Source: the human T2T-CHM13v2.0 reference genome, Homo sapiens
NCBI RefSeq assembly: GCF_009914755.1
Contig: NC_060925.1
DNA length: 64,000 bases
Direction: 5' to 3' (one strand)
The notes under the pieces are model-generated. The model saw nothing but the letters and a program-made list of their open reading frames with translations, ran no database searches and was not told the DNA's origin. The position numbers were made by a program, and so were the translations under genes. This document shows positions 14,590 to 30,305 of the stretch, in pieces; position 1 is the first letter of the stretch; every line of letters starts with the position of its first letter.

Positions 14590-17500
14590 CATTAGGCTGA
14601 AAGCTAAATAAGATGCTCGCAGTCACCTGCTTGAGAGTGCTTTGGGCAGAGTGAATTCTAGGGGAGAAGGGAAAGCAATAATACTAGTCTGCTAATTAAA
14701 AAGGGAAGAAGACATGGGCTCAGAGTAGCTGGGTGACCTCCTCAGTGCCCCACAGTTAGTAAACAAGCCTGGCCACTGTGGCATGGGCCCAGCAGAAAGA
14801 AGGAGGCCAGGCAGGCAGCCCATCTGTGAGTGGTGTCAGCGTCTGCCTTCTACAAGGTGATGTGACCTGGGGCATGTGTGTCAGACTCATGAGGAGCCTG
14901 GCCAGTGTTCCACCCCCACAAAACCCACTCAAGTACGGTGGAAGTAGTAATGATTACATTAAGCTTTATTGCTGGTCAAGCTCAAATAAATGTACATGTT
15001 TCCTAACAGAACAAAAAATAACAAAGGAGAATTAAATAGAATGAACAATAGTTAAGTCTCATACTCTCAGCAGTTCACTGTATTCTCAGAGCCCCGCAAC
15101 CACCTGCCCCAGTGACAACATTCACTATGTCTCTCCTCTCTGAATAGATTCAGGGAGACCTAACAAAGGCCTCCTCTGTTTCACATGTTTAACACAGAAT
15201 CTCTTGTTTTTCCTGAAGTCCTTTATATTGAGGTACCAATGAAGTGTCTGTGCTGTGTGCTCCCGTCCCACCGTTCAGAGTGTGAATTATATGTTAGTTC
15301 ACGCACTGTACTTCTGCTTTGTACTTTAGAGGCCTGTCTGGGTGCTGTTCCAAGTGCTGGTGTGGTATAGGTAGCTTGAAAGTTTCCTGCTGCTGCTAAC
15401 AAAATGATAAGAATCAAGGAGAGACAGCAGCAGAATGGAGAATAATGTGAATGGTGATCAAGGGGCAGCCAAGGCCAGCAGCACCAGGCAGCATGTTGGC
15501 ATCAGTTACACTTTAGCCGGTGTTCTTGAGGAACCACTAGTCTCTGCACTGTGTTGAGTTCATCCTTATTACAATGAAGTGCAGTGCCAAACTAAAACCT
15601 CCACTTAATTTCTTAGCATTAAGTCAATTTCAATGACTTCACTAGACTCTCACTTGCTCCTGCAAATCTCTAAAGGAGTATTGAAATTGGTACCTAAACA
15701 TGTCACTAAGTTGGTGAATATCCTTAATATATAATCTGTGGTATATAGGTAATGTTTGGTTCATATTGAAATAATCTTGTTTGAAATCAAAGTTAAAAAA
15801 CAAATATGAAGCCCTGTTGACCCGTCACATAAAATTTTGGAAGATAAATATTAAGAGAGATTCTACGAAACTCTATAGTTTAAAGATACTGTGTTAAAAA
15901 CACACATTTTTAACGTCTACCCTGCACCTTATTACACTTGGGTCAGGCCTTGCAGAAGTTTCTTTAGAAGAGTTTTTGGGAAGGGCAAATAAAAGGTTAG
16001 GTGGATGTGATTAACTTGGTATTTAATGCAAAACTCTAATCTAGGAGTCTTGACTATTCTAAAATGAGCTAATAGCTATTGGAGCGAATTTATGTAGCAA
16101 ATTGCTGTCTGCTGTATTCAGATTATTCCCTGAGCTCTGACTCATTCAGAAAGCACCAAATATCACGGAGACACACAATTATCATGCTTAATTAATGTTT
16201 GCAACCAAAAAGTGTAAGGTTGGAATTCTTAATATCACTGTGGATATTGAAGAGCTGAAATTGACTGACTGTTATCTTGAGATTAATATATTTTCCCCAA
16301 GCCATACCCTGGGGTCAAAAGACAGAGTATTAAAACTATTTGAAAAATTCACTGCAATTAATTGCTTTAGGGGCTAATTTTTTTTAATGTCTTGCTTCCT
16401 TACGCCTGTACTACTGACTGTTATAGCCTGCAGACTTCACCCATTAAGTGGTAATTCAGAGTGACAACTACATTGAAATGAAGCAAGTTAGTTAATCACC
16501 ATGAAACTGTTCCTGAAATACCCTGTCCAAGTACTCCCTAGTCACAGGAGTCCTCTGATTACCTGATTTTCTCCTGAAGTTAGATTTTCATGTACAAAGT
16601 TGTAATTATTTTTATTTTAAATACAGGCCAGGGGAGGGCTGAAGTTTGGTTGGAATTGTTATCAGAGCCATTCAGAATTTTTCACAGGAGACCATAGCGA
16701 CTCTCTGATTGCGTAGAGCCCTCATGGATGTGCTGCAGGGATCCTAGGAAGCTGCTATTGGCTTCATCCCCGCAGCCTTGAAATACTGACAAGCTAGGAG
16801 TCTGGGTAGGGCTGTGGCAGTTATAATATGACTTGGTTTTCATCAAAGCATGACCTCCAGCAACAAGAGGCTCGATCAATAGGCACGGGCCCAGTCTTGT
16901 TTGCCCATTTTGGTTGACCTGCTTGGACAACCAGGGTGACCTGCCCTTTGTCTTCCTTTCCTTTATGATTAGGTGGGCTATGCCCTGAACAGTCATGTGG
17001 TGCGTCCTCCTTTCAGAGAAGGCTGTGTTGGGACTAGTGAACTATGTGGGTCCCTGAAAAAGTCTGCCTTTTAGAAGGGATACAGCAGCCAGCTGAGGGG
17101 CTAGGTACTACTGTCTAAACTGCCACAGCCCCTGCCTGGCTTGCAGGTTCCTTGATATACTGTGAATCATCCATGGCACATTTCTTATCCCTGCATGATT
17201 GTATATCCTTCTCTCAGTGGGGATATTTGTGGACCAGCTAAAGTGCTTTCAGGGGCTAAAGATAAAATCAAGTATTCTAGCTGTCAGATTGGCTATAGGA
17301 AGAAGGAAACCCCCTCAAATTCTAAATCTGTCTACACTCCTTTTCAAGAGAATGGCATTCGGTGGCTCCAAGGAAATGGTGACCAATTAGGTAGTTCCCT
17401 GTATGCCCGTAAACCCACAACCTGATGCTTGAAGTCATGACCTGGAGATATTGTGTGTGAAGATGCCTATAAGACGATGGCACTTGCTCTTCTTACATAA

Positions 17501-18337
17501 ATAATTCAGCAAATAATTAATTAGTGCTGACAGACACTGTAAGTTTAGCATGGGGGATACAAATATGCCCTTAAGAATCTCACAGCATCATAGGGGAGAG
17601 ACAAATGGACACACTTCACCATGCATCATTGTAAAGCAAAAATAGGGTGATGTGGCAGAAAGGAGAGAGTGGTAAGCTCTGCTGGGGTAAGTCAGACGAG
17701 ACTTAAGGTGTGTCATGGAGAATGAATAGTTCACGGGGGAGGAGGTGGGGATGCAAGTGGGGAGTGGGGAGAGGAGGGCACAGTGCATACTGAGAGTGGT
17801 CTTTTTGGCAGGTGTCATGCTTCATGGCAAAAGTGGAATGAGAAATCTGTTTGCCTTTCTTTGGGTAACCATACCCTTACCTAGACTTCTGCACGACAGT
17901 GGTCCTACATTATTCATCTGTGGGAGATGCAGAGTCAGTCACCTGCCCTGAGCCAAAACAGGGAGGGCAAGAAAGGGCAAAGCCCACTTGTGGGAGGGAA
18001 ATGACCCACTGCTTGTAAAAGCTTGGAGTAAATGATTTTTTTCTTTACCATTCACTTCTCCCTTCATTAGAGTGGTTTGTGATTATAGCATGTTTTTCAA
18101 CTATTATTCCATGAAATGTCACTATAAATTAGAAGAAGAAATAAAAAACCTACAATGGGTTGTTTAGGTCACAGGAAAAAACGGAAGCAGACAAATTTAT
18201 CACATTTGCAGAGCCAAGGAGAAGTTGCTCAGAGTAGAGGCTGGATATGTGTCTCAGTTCTCGGAGTCAGTATGACAGAGGTCCTTCTTGCTCTTTGGTC
18301 TTCCTAATATTCATGATCAACTTAAGAAATATCTCCT

Positions 18338-18392
18338 AGTTCATGGATTAGCCTGGGCAACAAAATAAGACCCTGTCCCTTAAAAAGAAAAA
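18338..18392 (+). mobile_element. 5'-truncated FLAM/Alu-monomer 3' end with perfect TSD
   Basis: agttcatggattagcctgggcaacaaaataagaccctgtc plus A-tail; TSD aagaaatatctcct at 18324-18337 and 18393-18406. Confidence 0.85.
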
Positions 18393-18690
18393 AAGAAATA
18401 TCTCCTGATCCCTGTGCTCTAATACAGTAGGGAAGGATAATAATAACAGCACAGGGCTATTCGGTGGAGGAAGGAAAAGAAAGAAACCTGGAGATGGCTT
18501 GTTTGTGTCATATGGGTACACTAGGATGTCAGATAGACAGTAAGTGTAAATGATACAAGTCAATTAAAAAATGGAAATTTATTAGGTATTTGTATTTAAA
18601 ACACACACTGTGGAGTAAGATACACGCTGAAACAAAAGATCAGCCAAATATGAAAATAACCACTTTGGAAGTTGATTTTAAAACACATTA

Positions 18691-19156
18691 TAGGTGGTCC
18701 TCAACTTAGGATGGCTTGACATATGATTTGTTGACTTTATGATGGTGCAAAAGTGAAAAGTATTCAGTGGAAACTGTACTTCCAATTTTGAATTTTGATC
18801 ATTTCCTGGGCTAGTAGTAAGTGTGGAAGGATCCTCTTTCATGATGCTGGGCAGCTCCCCATCAGCAGCAGCTCCCAGTCAGCCATGTGACCTTGAGGGC
18901 AAACAAGTGATATTATTCTCTACAGTGCTCTCCTGTATTCAGTAAATTACATGAGGTAGTCCGCACTTTATTATAAAGTCAGCTTTGTGTTAGATGACTT
19001 GGTCCAACTGTAGGATAATGTGTTTGGAGCACATTTAATGTAGGCTATGAGGTATGATGTTCGGTAGGTTAGGTGCATTAAATGCATTTTCAACTTACCA
19101 TATTTTCAGCTTACCATGGGTTGGGGGCAGCCCAGTCGTAAGTCGAGGGGCATCTA
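18691..19156 (-). mobile_element. MER47/Tigger5-family non-autonomous DNA transposon (TcMar-Tigger)
   Basis: Terminal inverted repeats taggtggtcctcaacttaggatgg and agtcgtaagtcgaggggcatcta, flanked by TA; internal gttcggtaggttaggtgcattaaatgcattttcaacttac. Confidence 0.85.
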
Positions 19157-19754
19157 TATTCTCTTCTCCCTCATCCCCAGCCTTCTCCCTGTTGTTCCCC
19201 AAGCACACAGGCCATAACCCTCACTTCATGCTTGACATGCAACCTTCCTTTTCTTCCTTCCCGCTCCTTTTTAGTGACATCTGATTCTGTTACCCTGTCT
19301 AAGTCAAAAGGACCCCTTATTTCTAGTATTCCCTCTAGTACTCAGTTGACTTTTTCCATAGCTTCCTGAATGGAACACATGCTGAGGGTGAAAAAATAGA
19401 AAGTCTTAGCCAATATATTGTAATTTACATACCAAAGGCTGGCTCTTGGGGATGAGGGGAGAGTATTACGTGAAAGTTCGTTGGTTATTATCTGGTTATA
19501 AGATATGGCAGCGTTCCTCTTTGACATATCTTTGATATACATTGTTTCATTACTCAGATGTTAATTTTGTTTTGGGGATTACATAAGCATGTGGTCCATT
19601 TTAAAGCAATATTTTGTTTTTTCAGATTATATTTGTATTTCAGGAAAATGATTTATTTGATTTGTGACATGTCCATAAAGCTTAAGGTTTTATGATTTTA
19701 AGAGAGATGCTAAAGATACATTTGGTTGCTTCCTTTAAAATTTATCTTCAAGCT

Positions 19755-19995
19755 CCACTCAGTCTGTGGTTGGCCTAATCCATCCTGGTGGCTTCAAATA
19801 ATACCTGTTCATGGATGACTCGCCCCAGATCTCACCTCTGAACTCCAGGCATCTATATCCAGCATGAATCCTTTCTCTTCTGGAAGTCTCCAGTTCTGGC
19901 CTGCACGGTTGTAATGGCCTTTGATGGATCTTCCCGCTCACATGCTTGCTACCTCCATTCTGTTCTCTGTATTGCAGCTAAAGCAGCTTTTCTTG
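19755..19995 (+). mobile_element. L2 LINE fragments
   Basis: ctggtggcttcaaataatacc...ctctgaactccaggcatctatatccagc. Confidence 0.5.
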
Positions 19996-22023
19996 ATGTA
20001 CGCCAGTACTTTATCCCTTATCAGGACATGCCATTTATTCTCAGCATCTAAGCAGTAAGAATATAAATATCAAAAAAAGAAACCTCCAAATGTTTCATTA
20101 GTACCCAGCCAAGAGTGTCTCTGTCTCAACCCCCTTCACTTCTGTTCACCTAGCTTTTTTCCTCTTTAGGAACTGGAAGGCACTGCATAGCCCTGGCTCT
20201 GTGCTCACACCTGTATTTGCCATATTTATGTTCCTTTCATCTTTTATGTTAGAGGCACCTGCTATTGGTTCTGCCCCCAGTTGTGCCTGATTTTCTCTCA
20301 GGTCCACTTTCTTTAGATCAGTGAATGATTATACGAGTGCTTTTAGTGCTGTGCCCCTCAAATCCTTTTTGAAAATAGAGTATATTGAATGCTCAACTCA
20401 ATTTAGTGTATAAGAACAAAAATACAGATGCTGGTTATAAAACAGATGTAAGTCAGCCTGAGAGACTGAAAATATTTTGTCTTTATAGTCCTCCTTTTCT
20501 ATTAATATATGGGAAAAGAAAAGTAGATTTCCTGCTTTTTCAATTTGCAAATGATTTTTCAATTTGAAGTACCTTAACATAAAAAGAACATTCATTCTGT
20601 GGCTTTAGAATTTGGCCTATTATTAACAAAAGATAATACGAAATTCATCACCTTAATAATCTCTACTCAACAGCATTTGAATGACTTATAAATTAGTGAT
20701 TTTTAAAATCTAAAGACTCATAAAAAACACATTTCTTGAGAGCCACACTTATCATATTTAGGTTTATTATAGTTTAACTTAAAATGACCTGGTAATATCC
20801 TGGTTTGGGTTTTATCCTAGTACTAAGTATTGACCAAAGGGGGAAGAAAATGAGCTAGCAATTGAGTCTAGTCTGCTGAGTGAGCTCCTTCCAAAACTTT
20901 AAGTATAGATTACGCCAGTACATTTTCTCAAATACTATAGGGATCAATATCCTAGTGTATCTTCTCTGGGCTTTGACAAAATAAAACTCCTTAGATCACA
21001 TAGTAGGTATGTGATACGTATATCAACAATACTTGAAAAGTTTTTAAAATTGGGCAAAACAAAACATTTAAACCAATATCTCACATGTTGGGAGATGAAG
21101 GATGCAGAGGGCTGGTTGTCAACCCATTGTTCTGAATCTGTGAGTTGGCATCCCTGTGTCAACCATCCCCAGTTCACTAGGATCTGTCAGGGAGATCTGG
21201 GTTCCAGCTTCACATTCTCTAATTTGCTTTTGAAAAATCTGTCTTTCCATTTTTCTGTCAGTTCCTGCATGTATTCCAAGAGTAATAGAGAGACACATGA
21301 GCTCAACTAGCATTGACATGAAGAAAAATTACTAGCAGTTACTTTGACACTTGGAAATGGCAACCTGAGAATCAGAATTTGGAATTTGCTGCTCAAACAT
21401 CCCTTGGGCTACTTCTTCCTAAAATTGCCACAAAAGTTGACAGCTATCCACTTAAAAGGATAGTATTGTAGCCTTTTCCATGGATCTGAGAAGTTCAGCA
21501 AATGAGGCAACAGAATAGTTGATTATGGAGTTTTCAAATTAGCCATTTTTTAATGATTAAGCACAAAACAGATCAGTTTCGTGTTTAATCAATAAAACAG
21601 GCCAAGATCAGTATCTTGGCCGTGTAAACAGACTAGCAAAACTTGAGGTGCAGGTTAATGAAGACTAAAGTTGCAGGCCAGATTTTGAAAGCATGAAGAG
21701 ACTAAAACAAACACTAAGAACATAAATTTTAAAAAAAGCAAGTGTTTGAATTTCAAGGTATTAAGAACAAGTACAATTAAGCTGTGTACATTGGCCACTG
21801 TAAAAGAAGGGATCTCCCTGTGACAGATACAGTCCTGTCTTTTCTAGGACAACCTGATATCTCATATTGATTTATTTTTAGACCTGGTAAAATGTTACCG
21901 TAAGCATTCCTCATGAGTCAAAAATCCTACCACAGAACTATCCATGTTTCAAAATAAATTAATTTTTTACAAAACAAAATTTTTTCTTCAAATGCTGCAG
22001 CTCTTTTAATCTCTTTTATATGA

Positions 22024-22180
22024 AACTTTCTTTCTCTTTCTTTTTCTTTTCTTTTCTTTCTCTCTTTCTCTCCTTCTTTCTCTCTTTTCTTCTCTCCTTC
22101 TCTCCTCTTCTCTTCTATCCCTCTCTTCTCTCTGTTCCCCTCCCCTCCTTTCCCCTCCCCTCCCCTCTTCTCACCTCTCT
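22024..22180. repeat. CT-rich simple repeat, expanded tail of the adjacent AluJ
   Basis: (tttc/tctc/ccctc)n directly abutting the Alu 3' end. Confidence 0.85.
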
Positions 22181-22488
22181 TTTGACAGGGTCTCACTCTG
22201 TTGTCCAGGCTGGAGTGCAATGGCACTCTGTAGCCCCAACCTCCCAGGCTCACTGTAATGGCTCACTGTAGCCCCAACCTCCCAGGCTCAATCAGTTCTG
22301 CCACCTCAGCCTCCAGAGTAGCTGGGACTACAGGTGTGCACCACCACACCCAGCTAATTTTTGTGTGTTTTGTATAGACATGTTTTCGCCATGTTGCCCA
22401 GGCTGCTCTTGAACTCCTGGGCTCAAGCAATCCACCGGCCTCAGCTTCCCAAAGTGCTGGGATACAGGCGTAGCCACTGCACCCAGCC
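22181..22488 (-). mobile_element. AluJ with internal duplication
   Basis: gacagggtctcactctgttgtccaggctgg...ctcctgggctcaagcaatcc...cccagcc. Confidence 0.92.
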
Positions 22489-22489
22489 T

Positions 22490-23205
22490 GTATCTGTAGT
22501 TTCATAAACCTTCATAACCTCTCCCATGAGCTTGACTCCCAGCCAAATGCCTGCTTGACTTCTCTACTTAGATGTTTTATATGCGTGCTCTGTCTGAGCT
22601 TCTTCACACAGAACTCTTGAATTCCCACCATGTACCTAACACCCCTTGCAGCCTTCTCTGTCTTGATAAATGTCACAACCACCCAGGGAGTGGCTAAAAT
22701 GAACAATTTAGGTGACTCTTCCATTCGTTCCTACTCCTACTGCATCTCCATCACAACATCTGACAGTCCTGCCTTCAAAATACATCCCAAGTCCATTCAG
22801 TTCTCTCCATCACCACTGTTTCCACCTTCATCCAAGCCATCATTATCTCCTAAATGATTACTGTAACTCCCCTGCTTCCACTCTTTGCTATCATATTGCA
22901 TTCTCATAAAGTGGCCAGAGTGATCTTTAGAAACATAAACCTAGTAATTCAATATTCGTTCTTTGCACTAGAATAAAATCTCTCAGCTCCTTACTGTGGC
23001 CTAACCTTGCATGATCTGATGCCCACCTGCTTCACTGGCCTAATTTCATACCACCTCCACTAGAGATACACTGGTGTGTTTTCACCTGGGGCCATTGCAA
23101 TTATTTTCCCCGAAGAGTTTTTTTGTGGTTGGTTACTTGTCATCATCCAGGTCACAAATGTCACCTCCGCCCAGAATCCTCCCCTGAACCACGTATTTAA
23201 AGTGG
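22490..23205 (+). mobile_element. L2 LINE fragment
   Basis: aatgcctgcttgacttctctacttagatg...ccttcaaaatacatcccaa...gccagagtgatcttt...aataaaatc...ctccttac. Confidence 0.7.
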
Positions 23206-23212
23206 CTCCCTC

Positions 23213-23378
23213 CAGTCCCAGCTACTTGGGAGGCTGAGGCAAGAAGATTGTTTGAGGCTGGGGAGTCAAGGCTACAATGAGCTGTGATGGCACCACAGCA
23301 CTCCAGCCTGAGCAACAGAGTGAAACCCTGCCAAAAAAAAAAAAAAAAGAAAAGAAAAAAAAGGAAAGAAAGAAATAG
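23213..23378 (+). mobile_element. AluJ right-arm/FRAM fragment with A-rich tail
   Basis: agtcccagctacttgggaggctgagg...ctccagcctgagcaacagagtgaaaccctg followed by poly-A. Confidence 0.9.
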
Positions 23379-23959
23379 TAAATCCAAGAATGGCTAGGAA
23401 AACCAGCTAATTTACCTTGTTAAGAATTGCATGTGAAGAATGGAATTCAGAAGTAAAGCATACATTAGTAAGGGGACATTATTCTCATCTGTTTTTCCCA
23501 ATTCCTGAGCCTTTTGGTGGGTGGTTTTGCATAGAGATGTCCAGAAGCTGTCTTGTCAAGACCTTTATCAATCCAGTCTTACAAGACTAGGAGGGAAGGA
23601 GAGAAGTTAGATGTACTTTGAGCCATGATGACTGGTTGTGGAAGCATCAGAAGGGAGTGATCTGAAAAGTGGAGAGAGCAACTGAAGATTCTTTATTGCA
23701 AGTTCTCGAGGAGGAGGAGCCCTTCACACACCTGTCAGCACTGATTCTAGCGAAGGGGACCAGGAAGAGGAAGGATGAGTGGTCTCTTGGTTCTCTGAGG
23801 TTATTCTGTGACATGGGTTCACTTTTATTCTTATAACCAAATATCATCTTTAACACATCACTAGACAAGACTTGAGATAGTGGTGTTTTAACCAGAGAAT
23901 GGTTGCTTTCTCTTTAAGTTCCTAAGTTTCCCTAAAGTAGAAGATACTAAAGGAGTTTC

Positions 23960-25105
<1,146 letters not shown>

Positions 25106-25545
25106 AATACTCAAGAGATTTTAAACCCATAAGCCAATTGGACAAAAAGTTCATGTATTTATTGCTTCATATATGTCATATAGTGTATTAGGCATCAGAG
25201 AATGGAAATAAATGGGACAAGGCTCCTCTCAAGAAACACAGAGCCTTAGGATGTGGGACATAGTCAATAGATGCATAAGTAATTAGCTATTATACATTGT
25301 GTTCAATTCTGTAATAAGATATGTATAGAGTACTGTGGGAGTGCATCATAATAATAGTGATTTCTAGTGTTTCTGAAGATAAAATCTGATTGGACGTTGT
25401 CTGAGATAGACAAATTCTACTGAATTCTGGTTAATAGTGGATCATGCAGTATAGAAATTCTGGTGTACAAGTTTTTGTTGCACATTTGGTTTTTTAATAG
25501 CTAACTGAATCCTACATGTCTCTCTTTTGTTTTATCTTCCTCTAG

Positions 25546-25698
<153 letters not shown>

Positions 25699-26234
25699 TA
25701 AACTGGATGAGAGGGCTTATTTCTCTAAGATTCTTAGGGAAATAATAAGGGGACTATTTCCTTAAGGTTCTCCGGGAATTGGCATATGGACACAGAACTG
25801 ATCTTTATTATCCTGGCAAGAGGCCAAACTGCAGCTTGAGTGCTTCTGGCCAGGCACCTTTAAGTTACTAGCCCACCTAGTTAAAGTCAGATATTTGTGT
25901 TCTAAACCGTTCATAGGTGATGGTGCTTTCTGCAACCCCCAAATTTTAGTTTATGCCATGTTGCTAAGGAGAGAAGTAAAAGACTGTGACAGTGTACTAG
26001 GCCCATTTCCTTATATCTCTCTGTGTTGATTCATTTCAAATGAGCTCTACAGGACTTGGCATAGTGCTCTTGACAAGCTGAGTATGAGCAAGGGTTTTTC
26101 ATTTTCCAGCATTATTGTGAATAATTGAAAACTGTCTGTGATTGACAGAAATCATGTAATAAAGTAAACCTTATGGTTTTTTAAAAAAATAGTTTCCAAG
26201 AGAAGCTGTTAAAAAAAAAAAAAAACACACAGCT

Positions 26235-26857
<623 letters not shown>

Positions 26858-27654
26858 TAAATCATGCAGCTCTGGACTGGGTGAGCAGCTCCAGAAAATT
26901 TTATAGGGACCCAGTTTAATCCTAGAGTCTGGAAATGCATTTGGACTTGAGGTACTTTATCCAACTATTAGATTTGCTTTTCTGATTTGGTTCTGTATGA
27001 CCCTGAACAAGTCATTTTATTAATATTCCTCTGTAGACAGTCTTCCTGGGGGCCTGCCTCACATGTGAGCTTGCCATCCGCCTCATGGACTGCCTACAGA
27101 TTACTGTGGAGACTATTGATTTCCTCGGAAGGACACTAGCAAATTTTTACAACTTAAACTGAAAAATAGTGCAGACATAGGAAATATTAGAAACTCCTTT
27201 CTTACAGCCTTTTTATTCTAGTTTATTAAATTTTTGTTTCACAGCCCTTTTTTGTTTTTACTGCTCTCAAGTCAACATAGTACTATTGTAGCATTTCTTT
27301 ATTGATATTTAATTTCCAAAATTGAGACTGTATTCTGAATTATTTTTGACTATCCCATTATTTTCTCAAGAACTACATAGATAGTAAAATAAATGATTTT
27401 AAAAGGTTATTTAATTTCAAATATTGTCATAAGAGAAGTAACTGTGTCTAAGACTTTATAGACTTAGGTTTGCAATGATAACTTTTTGTTTCTTTTACTT
27501 TCATTCACTTGACAATGGTTGAATGTTTCCCATGGATGTTCTTATATGGATATGGGAAACAGGTTGACCGTGTGACTGATGGAAATGTGTCTTTGGGAGG
27601 ATCTATATGAGAAGGCCATTTCTTAGAACCTGATACACAGTGCCAGCCATCTCT

Positions 27655-27860
27655 TATGTACCAGCTACCATGCTAGGCATTTGACATCCATCTGTAATAT
27701 TCCCGGAGCTTACAAGTTAAGGATTCCTACCTTCATTTTATGGATGATGAAATTGAGCCTTTGAGAGATGAGGTGACATGCCTGTTTTCAGCAGCTGATA
27801 ACTGACAGGGCCAGAACTGCAACCTGGGTCTTGATGACACCCAGGTCATCTTCCACTGTT
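27655..27860 (-). mobile_element. MIR
   Basis: ttcattttatggatgatgaaattgag...aggtgacatgcc...cagctgataactgacagggccagaactgcaacc. Confidence 0.65.
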
Positions 27861-29497
27861 CCCCAAAGACTCTCCTCTTGGAACTTCAGCATGTCACCTC
27901 ATGTGAGTGCTGGCCTGGTCAACCTGTTATTTCTAACTGGTGTTGTTTTTGAAGTGTATGGGCTATTGTATCGAGCTGGAAGACACAAGGCTAAATAAAG
28001 TAGACTTGTGGTCTGTTTGCATCTCCACTAAACAGCTGTCGAGTGGAAGGATCCATAGGGTTGGACCAGTTAGAACTAGGCTGGAGAGGAAGAGACACCA
28101 GCTCCATCCTCTCCAGACAGGCTTCCTGCTGGTCTCAAACAGTGTTGCCTTAGGATTCACCTTGTCTGTAGCAACTTCGAAAGCCTTTTTGGAACTGGTC
28201 CTAAGCTGGGATGAGTGAAAAAGCTTCCTCTGAGTCTTCAATTTGCATTGAGACTTTAGGGTCATTTTTCTGAATAGTATGGCCAATTTCCTGGGACTTT
28301 CTAAGAAGTTGGTAATGATGGTGATCATGCCTGCTCCCTGTATCCAGGGAAGGGAAAAAGGCACTCTCTCCTTGATTTCAGTTTTCCTGAGGTCCAAAAT
28401 TGTGCTCATGTAGAGCACCATGAATACATATTTTTCTTGTACCTCTTAACATTTCTCCATTATAGTATTTATATTTGATTTTAGTCGTTGCATGAAGATG
28501 CTGTTTTATAAAAAACGTATACCACTCCCACCCTGCCAGATTATCTAAGTATTTTTCCTGTCATATTGCATGTGTTAGGGGAAAGGACCAACCCTGGTCT
28601 CTTGCTCTCTTGCTAGTTGCCTAAAGCCAGTGAAAAGAGTCCCCTTGGAGTGTTTTGACCTCTCATTCTTATCCTTGATGCTGGGTTAAGATGAGACTAT
28701 CAAAATTTCTGTAGCAAAGTGAAAAGGGAGAGAGGAAGAAAAACTGTAACAGTGAAACCACATGGTTGCCAAATTCAATGTGAAATTGAGAGCATGTATG
28801 AGAGTTCCCTGAAGACCAGTACACAGCCCTGCACCCAGGACAAAGTAAGGCTCTGATAGCACCTGGAACTTTTTTTGAGTAGCTTCCTTCCCTCTCTCAT
28901 GAACCGAGGTCTTCCCCAGGGTTTTGTCCTTGGTCTTTCTTTTCAAGCTGATTTCTTTCCAGAATGATTTTATCTACACCTGTGGCTTCAAATATGCTTA
29001 TGAATTGCAAGAAGTCAGAGAAAACCCTAAATGTTCAGCAATAGGGGATTTGCTGGAAATAGCCTGATTATTTGGCAATGAAAATTAGTTTGAAAAATTA
29101 TGCTTATTACAAAATAATATTTGCAATATGTAAAAAACAATATGTAAACATATACCAAAAAACACAAGTACGAACTGCAAGCATCCATTTTTGACCAGTT
29201 TGCATTGTAGTACTTAACAAAAAGGATTTCTGGCTAATTGACTGAAAATTATTAAGAAGTGAAAAACAAAAAATACTGAAGCTGTGAAAAATTCCATATT
29301 AATATATTTATTATTTGTTTTCTTATATTAATGTCTTCATATAACAATTCATGTTCATTGTAGAAAATAATTAAGAAATATATGCACACGTCATCAAACT
29401 AAAGAATACATGTAGTCCTATTCCCCTAGAGACGACCATGGTTAACATATTGCTATGTATGCTTCCAGAGCTTTTCCTTTGCATGTCTATTCCACAG

Positions 29498-30305
29498 CAT
29501 TCATTTATTAAACGGATTCTGCCATGTACCAGACACTGCTTTTTTTAGATAAAAAGGTGGAAAAGACAGGGATGATTTGGGGGAGGTTCTTGCTCTCATG
29601 GAACTGATGCTTTACTTAGGAAAAGTGGAACAAATTGATAATTTCTGAAAATTAGAAGTACAATGAAGAAAATGAAGCAGGGTAATGGGCTAGATAGTAA
29701 TTGTGGGGAGTAACTATATTAAATAGGATAGTTAGAGAAAACCTCGATGTGGGTGTTTGATCTAAGACATGAATGATTAGGAAGACCCAGGCCTGTGAAA
29801 TTCTGGGAGAAGTATATTCTAGCTAGATGGAATGGCAAAGACCCAGGCCTTGAAGCAGGAAGGAACTTCTTTGAAAAGTTTTGAAAACGTTCTCATGACT
29901 ACAGGGTAGAGAGTTAAGGAAAGAGTGAAGTAACTGAGAGGGACCAGATGATACAGGGCCTGTGATGGGCCAAATGAGGAATTTGTTTTTTACTTGAAGT
30001 ACAGTGGGAAGCCAGTGGGACATATTAAATACAGGAGTGATAGGGTCTCATATACAGAAAGATTACTCTGGTAGGTACAGAAATTGAGGGATCATTTAGT
30101 AGGCTGCTATAGTTGGCCACATGAAACCAGTGGTGGGTTAGACAGGATGGAAGCAGTGGAGAAGAAAGAGGATGTGTCTGAGCTGGATTTTGGTGGGAAA
30201 GTGACTTGCTAAAGGACCAGTAGAGATGGGGAGAGCAAAATAACTCAAGGAGACTTCATGGTCTGTATTTGAAGATGGATTACTGGTACCGTTTACAAAA
30301 ATGAA
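29498..30305 (-). mobile_element. L2 3' end
   Basis: cattcatttatta...tgccatgtaccagacactg...ctcatggaactga...gattactctgg...aggctgctatag. Confidence 0.65.

Noticed and set aside
21600-21621. Short hairpin ggccaagat-cagt-atcttggcc
   Set aside because: A 9 bp stem is too short for a pre-miRNA and is expected by chance.
27963-28421. 152 aa minus-strand ORF in an intron
   Set aside because: It has no recognisable domain or splice structure, and its length is compatible with chance in 64 kb.
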